DNA of 64,000 nt from Guillardia theta CCMP2712 (GCF_000315625.1 NW_005434672.1:488006-552005), one strand, 5' to 3'. Positions 1 through 12,217 are shown, counted from the first letter of the stretch. Made by a program: numbers and translations. The notes: generated from the letters alone by a model not told the origin.

Positions 1-446
1 TGATTTTGAGCATGGCCTCGTCCTCGGTAGAATTCTTTTTCGGGCCTGCCTCAGATACAATTTGAAGGACATTGATAATACATATACCAAAATATGATGC
101 ATAAACTTACTGTCTTGCGAGACATTGCCGAATGTGCCCGGGGGCAAATGCGCGCCAAATATTTTCAGGCGCAAAATGAGCGAGAGAGGGGAGGGAGAGG
201 GGAGGGAGAGGGGAGGGAGAGGGGAGGGAGAGGGGAGCAAGGAGAGGAGAGAGGCGATTGAGTTGCCTGAGAGATAGGATGAACACAGACAGGAAGAGAC
301 AAGTGAAATTATCGGACCGGAGGCAGCAACGAAAAGCAGCAATGATAATCTGTCGTCGATATCCCACAGTTGAGGTGACTGGGATTTTCCATCGTTGAAA
401 CGTTGCTGCTGCATCCCCCGTCTCCTTCTCCTCTTCTTTTGCACAG

Positions 447-3400
447 ATGACATCTCTAGAGCTCGCGCAGTCCAACTACGAGCAGGCATTCATGCTGCTA
501 GACGAGGACCAGCGTCGAGCTACGGTTGCGGATATTGAGGGCCCTTGCCTCGTCGTGGCAGGACCTGGATCAGGGAAGACTCGTGTCCTGACACTGCGCA
601 TAGCGATGATGATCGTCAAGCATAAGATACCGCCTCATTCCATCCTTGCGTTGACGTTCACCAGGAAGGCATGTCAGGAGATGCAGGACAGGGTAGCGAA
701 ATTGTGCCATGGTCGAGATTGCGGTCTGCTGATACAGACGTTCCATTCTTATTGCCTGGCATGCGTGAAAGAATTCCATGCTGAGCTCGGGTTTCGTTTC
801 GAGCCCATGGTCCTGGACTCCTCAGCTCAGATCGATCTTGTGAAAGAATGTTTCGGCAAGCTGAATAGCTTCCAAGCTCAGCAGATCAAGACATGGCGAG
901 CAGACAACCGGATCGATTCAGACTATGGCGATGAAGAGCTCAATCAGGTGGTGAATGCTGGGCCGTCCAACCAGGACAAGGGCACCCACCAGGCAGCGCT
1001 CTACTTTGTTGAATGGATGAGAAGGACAAAGTCGTCAGGAAGCGTACCGAAGCCGCAGTTTGCACTGGAGTCAGAAGTTTTTGGTCACTATGAGAGAGAG
1101 AAGAAAAGAAGAAACTGTGTTGACTTTGATGATCTGATTCCGCTTGCGACCAGGTTGAGCATATCTCATGTTGACATGTTCTGATCGGGTGTTGACAGTC
1201 TGCTGGACGCTGAGCGAACGCGAAAAATCATCCAGGCAAAGTCGAGATACGTATTGATAGACGAATTTCAAGATGTTTCTCACAATCAGATTCAACTTGT
1301 CAAAGTTTTGATGCAAGGGAAGCCATCGAGCATCACTGCCTTCGGAGATCCGAACCAGTCGATTTACAACTTTCTCCATGGTAAGGTGCAGGATAACTTT
1401 GGAATCTTTCTGAAAACGTGGCCATCAACCAAAGTCACGAGACTTGAGAGAAATTTTCGCTCATCTAGATATATAGTTGAAGCCAGCGCTTCCTTGATTT
1501 CCAAAAATCCTACGCAAGGCACTGAATATGGCATTAAGCCTTTCACCACCAACGATATTGGCGACAGAATTGTGATCACGAGCCATACAACTGAAGAAAA
1601 GGAAATCACCTGGGTGACCAATGAAATAGAATACTGGAGACGTGCCGGAGTTCCACTTTCACAGATGGCAATCTTGTACCGGTATGCTGTGTTTTTGTGT
1701 AGTAATGCTTTATCTGATGTTACACAGTTTGAGATCGATCGGCAAGTTATTCGAGAATGCACTCAAGAAGAGGAATATTCCGGTGGTCAATGTCTCACCT
1801 GACGATGAGAATGTCTATCGAAAGGCGCTGTCGATGGACCTGCTTGCGTACCTCAAAGCTGCTCTCTTTGAAAATGACGATGCGATGCGAAGGATTATCA
1901 ACAAGCCAAAACGAGGCCTCGGTGAATCAGCTGTCGGCAAGATCATCGCAACTGCACAGAGACATAAATGTAAGTTTTTGCAGGCGTGTAGAATTCTCTG
2001 TAACAGCAACTACGATTCGCTTCCGCAAAAACAAACGAAGGGCCTTTCTGACTTTTTGCACGTGATCCAATCAATCCAAGAGGATATCAAAAATGAGACA
2101 GAAAGCATTGTGCTTGAAAACTTGCAGCGACACATCTTTGGACGTCCATCAAAGCATGATAGTGAGCTTGGAAAAATCATCAAACACATGCAAAAAGATG
2201 TTCTGCTGGAGTCAGATGATTTTGGACTGGGTTCCAAAAGTCGAACTTCGGCTGGCAACACAACTTCGTCCAAGCTTGCTTCCTTCGTCTACATGGTCAG
2301 TAATTCGCAAATCAAAGCTGCGAGGCAGAAAGAAGTCGTAACTCTCACAACCATACATCAATCCAAAGGTCTTGAGTTCTCTCACGTATGGTTGGTGAGG
2401 TTTTCAGACAGTATTTGCCCACTGATACAGCGAATCGATGATGATAATCATGATGATGATATCGACAAGGAAACTCAATGGCGAACTATGTCACTAGAAG
2501 AGGAACGACGGCTTGCGTTTGTCGCGTTTTCACGAGCAAAGAGCATGCTTCAAGTTTCCTGGTTGGTCTCTTGCCATGTTTGATCCTGTTGTGAGATTGA
2601 TGGCAGGGTATCGACGGACTCTGAAACCGGCCTCAGCCAAGAGCCCTCCAGATATCTTCAAGAGATTCCAGAATCTTACAAACAAGGCGGAAGGGAAATG
2701 ATATCAGCCAGGAATGGAGCAAAGCCTCTTCCCATTCGAGTTGCCCCTCTGCCTGATGATTCAAAGTGCTCGAGCTCTTCAGATGCGAGATGCGCGACCT
2801 CGTCGAGCTCAGTGCCAAACTCCTTTCCCATCAAGTCAGAGCCATCCATCAGATCAGATATTCCCATCCAATCAGAGGCTCCAACGTCTTGTCCGAGCTC
2901 GATGACAAATGGTAAGACCCCTCATGCCGCACAGGAGAAAGCAGGCAACTGGAGTTGGCGACCAGACGACTTGCCATCTCGACGATGGTCGGGAGGGTCC
3001 ATGTCAGATTCTTCGTCAACCCTGTTGGATGACCTTGACCCTGGTGATCCTGACTGCGCGACTTCATGCCGGGCGGGGACAAGGAACTTCAACTTCAGCC
3101 ATGAGAATCAGCTGGATGAAGTGTCAGTAGCATCTCCTTCGGATTGGAGAAACTCTTCCTCGGCCAACTTGCCGCCTGCATATGCCCGGCAAGGGTTGAG
3201 AGAACTTCAAGTGTCGACTCCTCCTACTGTTAGGCTCAAGGAGAGTCACACCGTTCAGCGAGCGATTGACTCGATCCCGTCCCTGTTTGGCAAGCGAAGA
3301 GATCCAGAGCCTTGCGCTGACTCTCCCAGAGACGCAGATCGTTCAAACCCTTCGTCTGGCTCACGTCGAAAGAAGTTGCTTGGCTTTAGGTCGGTAGCTG

Positions 3401-3463
3401 TGCAGTTCTTGTCATGACGATGCTGATTGTTGCAAAACCAGTTGGGGCAGGGGCTGCGGATGA
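447..3463 (+). CDS. UvrD/PcrA/Srs2-family SF1 3'-5' DNA helicase, multi-exon, with disordered C-terminal tail
   Basis: Motifs AGPGSGKT, LALTFTRKA, TFHS, VLIDEFQD, GDPNQSIY, LERNFRS, TIHQSKGLEF, EEERRLAFVAFSRAK, PSRYLQEIP. Introns 1154-1198, 1682-1727 and ~2562-2616 join the ORF pieces. The 3' end is either the stop at 3417 or, via a last intron, ~3463. Confidence 0.93.
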
Positions 3464-3927
3464 GGCTGTTTGAAGTCTTCTAGACCCTTGTCTTAGTCTT
3501 GCTCAAGTTTCATGATCTCCCTAAGTCCTCGTCTCCTCTGTGTAACTTGTATCTCCTCCCAATGAAACTCAAATCCTGACAATGTTCATCGGGTTATTGT
3601 GGTGCCTTCCACTGATGGTTCCTTTCACGTCGAACTATTAGACAAGCTTCTCCCTCTATGATCTTGACTTCACGGCAGAAGGGTTGGTATCAGGGTCAGT
3701 GCAGGCCGAGCAAGTTCTTCGTCGAAGAACTTGCATGACAAGTGCCGCACATGCAAGATGAGTTGGGACAGTGCTCTTGCGCTTTGAGCACATGTAGAGG
3801 AAGGTAGATGTGGACGGTAGATGTGGACGAGGAGAAAACGAGGTAATGTGTATGAGGAGGAAAGGAGGAGAAAACGCAAAACAACCGGAAACTTGTGGGT
3901 CAACAAAATTCTTCAAGTTCTTCTCAT

Positions 3928-6531
3928 CTACTTGGGCAAAACCGAGTTGGGGTCGTAGGGGTAGGTGCTGGAGTTCTCGAGCTCCTTGAGCTTCTGCTCC
4001 TGCTTCTTCTGGTTGTAAGCCCTGCAAAGGAGGACAAAGGCGAGAAACAAGGAGGAGGAGGAGGAGGAGGAGGAGGAGGAATGTTAGTGTCCGGCTGCAA
4101 CATTGGACATGCGGGAAGCACCTGATAGTCGCCTCGGAGGCTCCCTCCTTGGGCCTTCCCCAGTTGTCAACCTCGAGGGAGGGCTCCCACTGGGGGACAA
4201 GGCCGTCCTTGAGGATGCCCTCGCCGAAGAAGATAGAGTCTCCGAAGACGTTGATGCCCTCGATCGACTTGGGGGGAGCAGAAGGGAGGCCAGCGCCGCC
4301 AGCAGCAGCCTGCAGGGCATGTCCTCAGAAATGAGGAGGGCAAGGGGGAGATGATGGGGAAGAGAAGTGGACGATGGTGGAAATGGCGCGATGGTATACC
4401 TTGGGGGCGGCACGAGGGGCAGGAGCAGCGCGAGGGGCAGGAGCAGCAGCCGCCGGGGGAGTGCTCACGCGCTGAAAGCAAGTAAGCAAGGGGAAATCTG
4501 ATGTCACAGAAGGATGCAAGGGAAGGAGGAGGAGCAGGAGGAGGAGGAGCGAGCGAGCGACAGGAAGCATCGTCACCTGAGTTCCAGGGAAGGAGGGAAG
4601 GCTGATGGCCTGAGTGCGACCGAAGAATCCTCCCGACTTGGGGACGGGCTGAGAGAACGTGAGGGGTGGAGGAGGAGAACCACAACGTCCTACCTGGGTG
4701 CCAAGGCCAACCTTGGACTGGACAGCAGGCTGGTAGAACGCGAGTCAGCTTCTTCTCGTTGCCCTCCACCTTGTCTCCTTACCTGTCTGGCAGCAGCAGC
4801 CTTGGCAGCGGCAGCAGCGGCCTGCTGCTGCTGGCGAGCCTTAGCCTGCAGGAGGCGTCAATGACCCGCCCATCCTCATCTTGCCTTCTCCACCTGGGCG
4901 GCAGCGGCGGCGGCAGCCTCAGCTCTGGCAGCAGCAGCAGCCTGAGCCTGTACAGGATGAGCGACAAGCGCAAGAGAGAAGCCAATGCTTCACCTTCTTC
5001 GCAGCCTCCTCAGCGGCAGCCTTGGCCCTGCACGAAGAGCGTCAACTGACCTGCACCCTCTGCCAGCCTTTCTTACTTGGCAGCAGCAGCGCTGAAGGGA
5101 GAAGGAGCAGCCGCGCGGGGGGCAGGGGCCGCGCGGGGAGCCGGGGCAGCACGGGGGGCAGGGGCCGCACGGGGAGCCGGGGCAGCACGGGGGGCAGGCT
5201 GTTAAACCGAAAGTAAGCATGAGGAAGAGGATGGGGAGGGTCAACCTTAGGAGCAGCCCTCACAACAGGCTTGGGCGCAGGCTTGGCGACGGCCTTGGGG
5301 GCAGAGGAGCTCTTGCCAGAGGCAGCAGCTCTGAGGGCCTGAAGGCAAAGGGATAAGCAAATGCAGAGAAGGCTAAGGAAAGGTGAAGCAAAGAGAAGGA
5401 AGGGAGATGAAGTAAACAGGAAGGACTTGGCAGCAGGATAGCAGGTTGAGAGCAGAACGTCCTTCGCAGGGCAAGGTATCTCAGGACAAGGGGGAGGAGG
5501 GTGTAGTTTCCGTAACGCGCGACTGCACTCACCGCAAGCTCGGCGGCATCGATGTTGACAGTCTTCTCAGAGAAAGAGACGCTCTGGGACAGAGCAATCA
5601 GCGGTGGAAAGAGTGGAGGAAGAAGCAGGAGGAGGCGACAGGATATCGTGCAGAGTATGAGAGAATTAGAGAGAGGAAGGGAGAGAGACAGGGAGAGGGA
5701 GCGAGACGGGGGAGGGGGGAGGGAAAGGAAAGAAGCTTCACCTTGCCGCTTCTCTTGGAGATCTCAAGCAGGGACATACCGAAGTTGTCATCATCAACAA
5801 GGAGTCCTGGCAGGAGAGAAAAGTCAGAGGTATCATCCATGAAGCAAAGCACATAGATTCTCCACAGTCATTCCACCCTCCTCCTGTACACTCCATCCTG
5901 TCCCCCGACCGTGCCCAACCATCTGTCCCAACTGCGTCCCCTCTAAACAGCTGCCTCCTTTCCCTCTCACCTGACTTGCGGGCGAGGTCGTCACGGCGTC
6001 TGCCGAGGGCAGTCTCCTCGATCTCAGGGATGTCCGAGAGGATGAGAAGCTTCGCAACCAGTCAGCCGTCCCCCTTTCCAGCATCTCCCGCCTTCACCTG
6101 ATCCTCCTCATCGTAGACAGCAGTCTTGTCGAGAGCTCCTCCAAGACTCTTGTAGCTACAGACCGACAGTCAAGACCCCGTGCTTCCTCCTCCTTCTCAA
6201 CACACAGGGAAGAGACGACGGTGTCACGGGCCGGATCCATAGAATCGCGGTCAAGATCCTTCACAGGGTATCGTCAGGTGGAGCAGGCGAGGTCACGAAG
6301 GCCACTCACGCTTCTTGGGCGCCAGGCGATGAGGATGGGAGGCTTCCAGAGGAAGGACAGCACATACTCGAGACCCTCGCCTGACCCATCGACGTCAACA
6401 TGCAGCGCATCATCATATCTCCTCCCTCAGCCGCAGCGATCAGTTTGACCACCCGATCATCCCCACCATGCTCGTGAACCAAAAACACCTCCAACTCCCC
6501 CCTTCCTTCTCTCTCCCCACCCCAATCTCGG

Positions 6532-6565
<34 letters not shown>

Positions 6566-7293
6566 GTCTCACGGAATGAGGGTCCATCGTAGGCCGGGGC
6601 AGCCTTGGCCACAGCTCCGATGCCAGGAGCCTCCTCGCTAACTTGGGAGACACCGAACCAGGAGGGGGTGTCGCACCCGGCCTGCTTGTAGGCAGCAGAC
6701 CAGACGGGGAGGGCAAAGAGAACCTGCGAACCCTCGTCAGCCGCATGTAAAGGAGAACCCCCGAGGCTGACCCAGAGTCCGATCACGGAGCCGAAGTGGG
6801 AGATGGGAGCAGTGAACCCCTGTGGCTCGCCAGTGATCTCGTCCACGAAGGGGACGGTGTTGAGAGCAGAGAGGAGGTTCTGAGCTCCCTCGATCTCCGC
6901 GGACATGCGGAGACCGCCGGCGGCCGGTCGTGAGCGGCAGACGGCGCCGGCACGAGCCAATCTTCCGCATGATGCAGGAAGAGCAGTGGGGGCAAAAGCC
7001 TCCACAACCTGCGAGACAGAAACTCTCAGTAACCTATAAGACCATGAGGAAGATGCCGATGGCACGAGGAGCACCACGACACCTCGAACCTCGCCCCGCC
7101 TCCCCCTCCACCTGCTCGTTCCTTTCCCCCTTGTCTACACACTCTCCTTCAGGACCACTACCAGTTGATCCCCCAGCACAGCAACTCTCCTATTCTCTCA
7201 GCATCTTGATGTATGGATTCCTCCCCCTCTCCTCCTCTCCTTCCTCCTCCTTACCGCCGGGATAAGCGCGAGCGCTGCAGTTCGCGTGAGCAT
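3928..7293 (-). CDS. Plastid-targeted thylakoid protein resembling the cryptophyte PSII-antenna linker (CCPII-S / Psb-gamma / CAL-II), with long Ala/Pro-rich C-terminal extension; ~19 exons, ~540 aa
   Basis: Spliced product starts MLTRTAALALIPA|VVEAFAP (bipartite presequence). It continues PFVDEITGEPQGFTAPISHFGSVIGLW|VLFALPVWSAAYK...FR|EGLEYVLSFLWKPPILIAWRPRS|DLDRDSMDPARDTVVSSL|YKSLGGALDKTAVYDEEDQ|LLILSD, matching my recollection of the linker chain in cryptophyte PSII-ACPII structures. It ends ...YPYDPNSVLPK* (stop 3928-3930). Confidence 0.75.
5108..5199 (-). repeat. Coding 18-bp tandem repeat encoding (PAPRAA)x5
   Basis: Reverse complement of the gggggcaggggccgc/gggagccggggcagc units reads PAPRAA five times; two more copies lie in the exon at ~4400-4470. 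Confidence 0.85.
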
Positions 7294-8410
7294 GGCAGCG
7301 GCGGGGGTCGGCTTGAGTGTGCCTCTACCCCCAAACTCACGTGCCGAGACTCCTATGAGGTACCCACCCACTACCCTGATTATTTCAGTCAACATAATCT
7401 ATTGATTTACTCAAGTCAAGAGGTTTCTCATAGGTGATCGAATCATTTTCAGTTTGTTAAGTAAATATTTGTAATCACCCACCCCCTGTATGTACCCCCT
7501 TCGATAATCCTCGGTCACTCAGAAACTCATCACTTTTTGAGGATCGGGACAACCCAAACGCAAACACCACCCACCCCCTCAGAAGCTGCCACCTACCACC
7601 TACCCGCCGTTCGAACAAAACCACCACTACCCCCATGATCTTCAATATGCCCCAGTTGTTGAAAATTCAAGGACCCCCTGGAGAAATTGGTTCACCCCTG
7701 CTTTTCACCAGTACCCACCCTACAAAACAAATTTTACAGTACCCTACCCATCTCACTCTCTGAATTTTTCACTACAATCTTAGCATGTCCTCTCACCCAA
7801 GTAGTACCCCACCCCATCCTCTTTTACCATGGAATCTACGTACCCACAGTCCCCTCCCACCGACTACCCCACGTATACTCTAATAGTACCCACCATCCAT
7901 GCTTCTAATGATCATTTCAGTCCACCCCTCCTACCCTCCACCATCTCTTATATCTCTGCCCCTACCCCTTCCTAGCACCCCCTGGGCAGGAGGACAACCT
8001 CTTGACCGTACCCTAGAGATAGGGAATCGTTTCGACCTACGACCCCTTCTTCAATACCCTCACCCCATATTTTTTCTATATGGACCCCCGTCTTAGCAGA
8101 ACGGTAACCCGCCTGAAAGGAAAAAAATTCTCCCACCGACCACCCCCCAGTGATTCACCCCACCCCTTCGACATCGAACCCCCCTGTTCTCTCATGGGGG
8201 AATGGAGGTGGGTGAAGATGGTAGACCATGACTCATCAATTCTGAGGCGGGTCTGATGGTACGCCTCCGGGGGGTATCGAACGGGTTCACTGGGGGGTAG
8301 GGGTATCAAGATGCTCGAAGTGGGGGGTGAAAATCAAGGAGTTTGGGGGGTGGGGGTACTTGTGCTCTTTTTTTTTTTTAGGGCAGGCAGGACGCGCGTG
8401 CAGTAGCAGC

Positions 8411-9287
8411 ATGGGCTTCGAGACAGTCTGGTACGCCCGCAAGGGGCCAAGGACGGACGGCAAGGTCGCCGATGGCAAGGGGAAGGTGATCAGCGGCAAG
8501 GGAACCAGAGCATGCAGGTGAGCTGATCAGAACTGGGTGGAAATACGGGAAGGAGAGGAGGAAGTGGGTGAAGAGAGAGGTTGGGAAGGGACGCGTGTGT
8601 TAAGATGCATGCTGTTGGCTTGATGTGTGCGAATGTAGTGTTTAAATGATTGCTGGACGTTTTCTTTGCTGTAAGGAGGTTGTTTTTCCCATTCTCTCCC
8701 TCTTGTCGTTGCTTTCTTTTTGTACAAATGTTTGTCATGCCTGTCAGGTTCACACAAATGGTGTCAATCTCTGCGCGCGCTCTTGCAATTTGAGTGATGG
8801 TGGCTGTGGCTTTGAACGTCTCTTATCCTCAAACATCATTTTCTATTATAGTTATCGCTCGTTTATTTTCTCGCTCAATCTCCCACATAACAAGTCTCTG
8901 TTGACTTACAGCACTTTCTTGTTGTGTGAAAGAAAGTCCTCTCACCCTCTCGTCGCACGTCTGTTTCCAGCATCCACTTTGACTACAATTCTGAATGTTG
9001 ATATTTCGTTTGCTCGCTCTCGTTCATTTGATCTCCGATCATGTTGTTCGATCGATGTTGTAGCATTTCACCAACTTCAATAGCGGTTGATTACTCAGAT
9101 GACTCATTGCTGACGCGTGCTGTGCAGATGCTCCGGCAACCAGCACGGTATCATCAGAAAGTACGACATTAACATGACCCGCCGTGACTTCCGCGAGAAG
9201 GCTGAGACCATGGGATGGAGAAAGGTGAGATGGGCATTCGCGTGATGAAACAAGTGTTTGACTTCGGTTTCTTTGCAGTACCGGTAA
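8411..9287 (+). CDS. RPS29: Cytosolic 40S ribosomal protein S29 (uS14), 3 exons
   Basis: Exons 8411-8517, 9128-9224 and 9279-9287 give MGFETVWYARKGPRTDGKVADGKGKVISGKGTRACRCSGNQHGIIRKYDINMTRRDFREKAETMGWRKYR*. The GxRxC, HGxIRKY and FRExA signature of uS14 is present. Confidence 0.92.
8884..8990 (+). ncRNA. Candidate intronic box H/ACA snoRNA
   Basis: Hairpin CACATAACAAG/CTTGTTGTGTG with an internal loop and upper stem CTGT/ACAG, then an ANANNA box (AAAGAA, 8929-8934). A second, weaker hairpin closed by AGTC/GACT is followed by ACA-ATT (8985-8990). It lies in an unusually long (610 nt) ribosomal-protein intron. Confidence 0.4.
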
Positions 9288-9381
9288 ATGTCTGGGCTAG
9301 TAAGTTTGGTAGATAATAAACTTTGAAAAGCCATTTTGGTGTGTAGTTGGTTTGTGTTGGCGTCCTCGTATATGGGGGTTG

Positions 9382-11613
9382 CTATTTATTCCTGCCAAAA
9401 ACCTTGATCGTCTTGGATATCCTTGACTGGGGTTGGCACACACGTTAGAACGTGCACTTGTCACAATGAATTCGCACGAACCTCTAACGGAATGTGTGTA
9501 TGGAAGATCTCTTTCCTGAGCATGTAGTGATGAGAAGTCAAAAAACCCTCCACTTGCTCCTGAGAAAGTTGTCAAATCTCGACATCACCTCTTGAGAGTG
9601 CACACACCTCTAGATTTGCAAACATGACAATGTGCGAGGGCAGAACACGAGCTGTTCGATCGCCATCGAAAGCACATTCCAAGAACGTCTGTGGCGACTG
9701 AAAGAACCTTGCAGCCGCTTTCAAGGACACGACTCGTCTTCACTTCCATTGCACCTGTCTGCCTCGTCCAGCTCCGGCGAGGTGAGACACGAGCGGTCCA
9801 ACGGATCACTGCGAGCATCTCGTACACATGGCGGAGAAGCGTGAAGCATCCTACCTGGGGCGGTGGGGAGGAGGAGAGCAGTCGAGAAACGTGAGGGAGA
9901 TGTTCCTGTGCAGAACGCTGTTGCGCGTGTCAATTGGGTCCCAAATCGAGCCCGCTCGTCATGAAATTGAGCATCATCAATCATCATCACCGCACAAGCA
10001 CCAGCACCATCTTGAGCAGATGAGAGTGACTGACCTGTAGAAAGGAGTCGAGTGGCATGGCATCAGGAACAGAACGCTAGTCACGTCGTCATGCCTCAGC
10101 CACCTCACGACGTCCACCTGCTCCAGCAGCAGAACATCATCGCAAAAGAGGCTGAAGAAAGAGGCTAAGGTAAAACACCCACCACTCCTCTCTGATGCAC
10201 TAGGGACAAGTAGAGGGCCGGGGCCAGGTTGGTCGCCAGCAAGCCGACGGATGCGAGGAGCCATAGTCTCTGCGCCTCCTGTCAGACTCTCGACGGGGAG
10301 ACGCCATGCCGTCAACTAACGGGCGACTTGCTCAGCTCGTGGAGCCCTGCACCGGCAAAACACATGCAGACAGGAACGATCGGGAGCAGAAACCTGAACT
10401 CCTTATGAGCTAGCAAACTGACCCAAGTCAACATGTCATTGAACACAGAAAGACGACGACGGGAGTACAACCTGTGCATGACTGTTGTGACGATTACACA
10501 TTCCAGGAGCTCACGATGAAAACGTTTTCTCATGCCGTAGAAAACCAGAGGAATCGAAGTCATCAGAAGCGTCGGGATGCCCTGCAATCATCGGAGAGGA
10601 AACAGAACGTGAATTTTCTTACTCAGTGATGCCCGTCTTTGAGCTCACCTCTGAAAAATACCACCACCAAACGTGTGAGCCATAGATGGATCCTCCACCT
10701 TGGACAGCATTGAAATAGAAAAAGTTCCAAGCTGAAAGTACAAATCTCCCATAGAAGTATGAGTCTATTCCTATGATCACTGCAGCTGCGATCAGGAAGC
10801 TTGTGATCGAACCAACCAGGTGTCTGTGCACCTCTCTTCTTGCAGCAGCAGCACGCAAGGCGACAGCTCCTCTACACAACAGCGGCAGCAGCATGGCGAC
10901 GCTTGTCGGCCGGATCAAGAAGCAGACAGCCATGAGCCAACTCAGCGCAACCATCGACCCCGCGGGTTTATCTTTGAGACCTGACCATGGCCAAAGTGCA
11001 AGGATTGAGGTGATCAAACAGGCTTCGACTGAGTTGACCAGCGAGCGTGACATGCAGTAGAAGAAGAAGCACGACGAGACCTGGCAGAGGATCGCGTTGA
11101 AGGCAACCTCGACTCCGAACAGCTTGCGAGCTAGCTCTACCATGGCCAGATCCGTCAAGATGGCTATGGATCCCGACCAGAGCTTGGGAATGAGCTCTAA
11201 TACATCACCGTTGTCTAGAGACAGAGCCCTTGCGATGTCGTAGAGCAGCGACATCACGAATGGCATCGCGTAGCTTCGTATCCCCTGCCTCCACTCCCAT
11301 GTGAGGTATCCATACCCGTATGCCATCCTGTGCGCAACCTCTGGCGCCTGCCAGTACTCGTCCGGGACGAAGTATGTCTGCTGGCACAGGCAGGCGAGCA
11401 GCCTGTACGCACATAGGAAGAGGACGAGAAGGCGCCGACGTCTTCCTAGGATGAACGAGTGAACCAGATCCTTCCGAGGAAACATCCGCCTGTGGGCTAC
11501 AACAAGAGAGGATAGTAGGATGAGACATGAGCAAGTAGCAGGCAAGCTTCAACTTCCTTCATCCCACCGTCTTCCTCCTTTCGCCGTCCCAGACTTCGCT
11601 CGCCATCCTTCAT
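9382..11613 (-). CDS. PIGB: GPI mannosyltransferase 3 (PIG-B/Gpi10, GT22)
   Basis: TYFVPDEYWQAPEVAH, GYGYLTWEW, IRPTS, IDSYFYG, YGSHVWWWYF, HKEFRFLLP, FLMPCHSTPFY, LTFLDCSPP. Last exon SRISKTIKVFGRNK*. The start is either 11613 or 11485. Confidence 0.92.
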
Positions 11614-12217
11614 GCCTTCCTGGGATCGGAGCTGCGTCCTCCCGTCATCAGCCCCCCGTCGTAAACTTCGGGCCCAGTGGGGCTCCGGGCCTGCCAATCC
11701 GACTTGCCAAGTTGAACTCAGTCACTATAACGCAATGCTGACTCACCCGCTAACAGTGAAGCGCGCCCGGCGCCGCCCTGCGAGGCATGCGAGAGTCCGG
11801 CGGACTCCTGAATAGCCTGGAAGTTTCAACTTTGGCTGGACGTGCTGAGCCGCATGATGGCACGGTACCACCGCACGGTGACGCGATGACTTAGCGGCAT
11901 TCAAGTATGATTACATGATGCCCTCGGAGCCTGGAGGCTCGCCGATCCCGGCGGTGACCGGATCTTCCTTCCGGTGAGGCGAGTGTAAAACAGTGAAAGT
12001 CGGCCGCGGGCCGGGTCGGGTGATGGTCGCCGACCGTACGGTGGGCCGGTGCCGTGCCCGGGCGGCGCTTGACTCAGTGAAGTTCACCCGGCATGATCAC
12101 GGGACCACGGTACTGCCGAGGACAATCACTCAGGAGGCTTGACCCCCAAGGACTTCCAGTCGGACGGAAATCTCCTGACTCTACTAGGCTGGCCTAGGCT
12201 AGGCTAGTATCCCTTTG

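Noticed and set aside
447-2583. Three UvrD ORFs as a frameshifted pseudogene or bacterial insert
   Set aside because: The breaks are explained by canonical 45-55 nt GT-AG introns that restore all helicase motifs.
6532-6563. (CAT)n read as poly-Met or poly-His coding sequence
   Set aside because: It lies inside an intron of the PSII-linker gene. The (GGA)n run at 4050-4080 and the (CCCT)n run at ~62560-62620 are likewise intronic microsatellites.
9527-9563. GTGATGA...CTGA as a box C/D snoRNA
   Set aside because: It is too short and lies antisense to a PIG-B coding exon (EQVEGFLTSHHYML).
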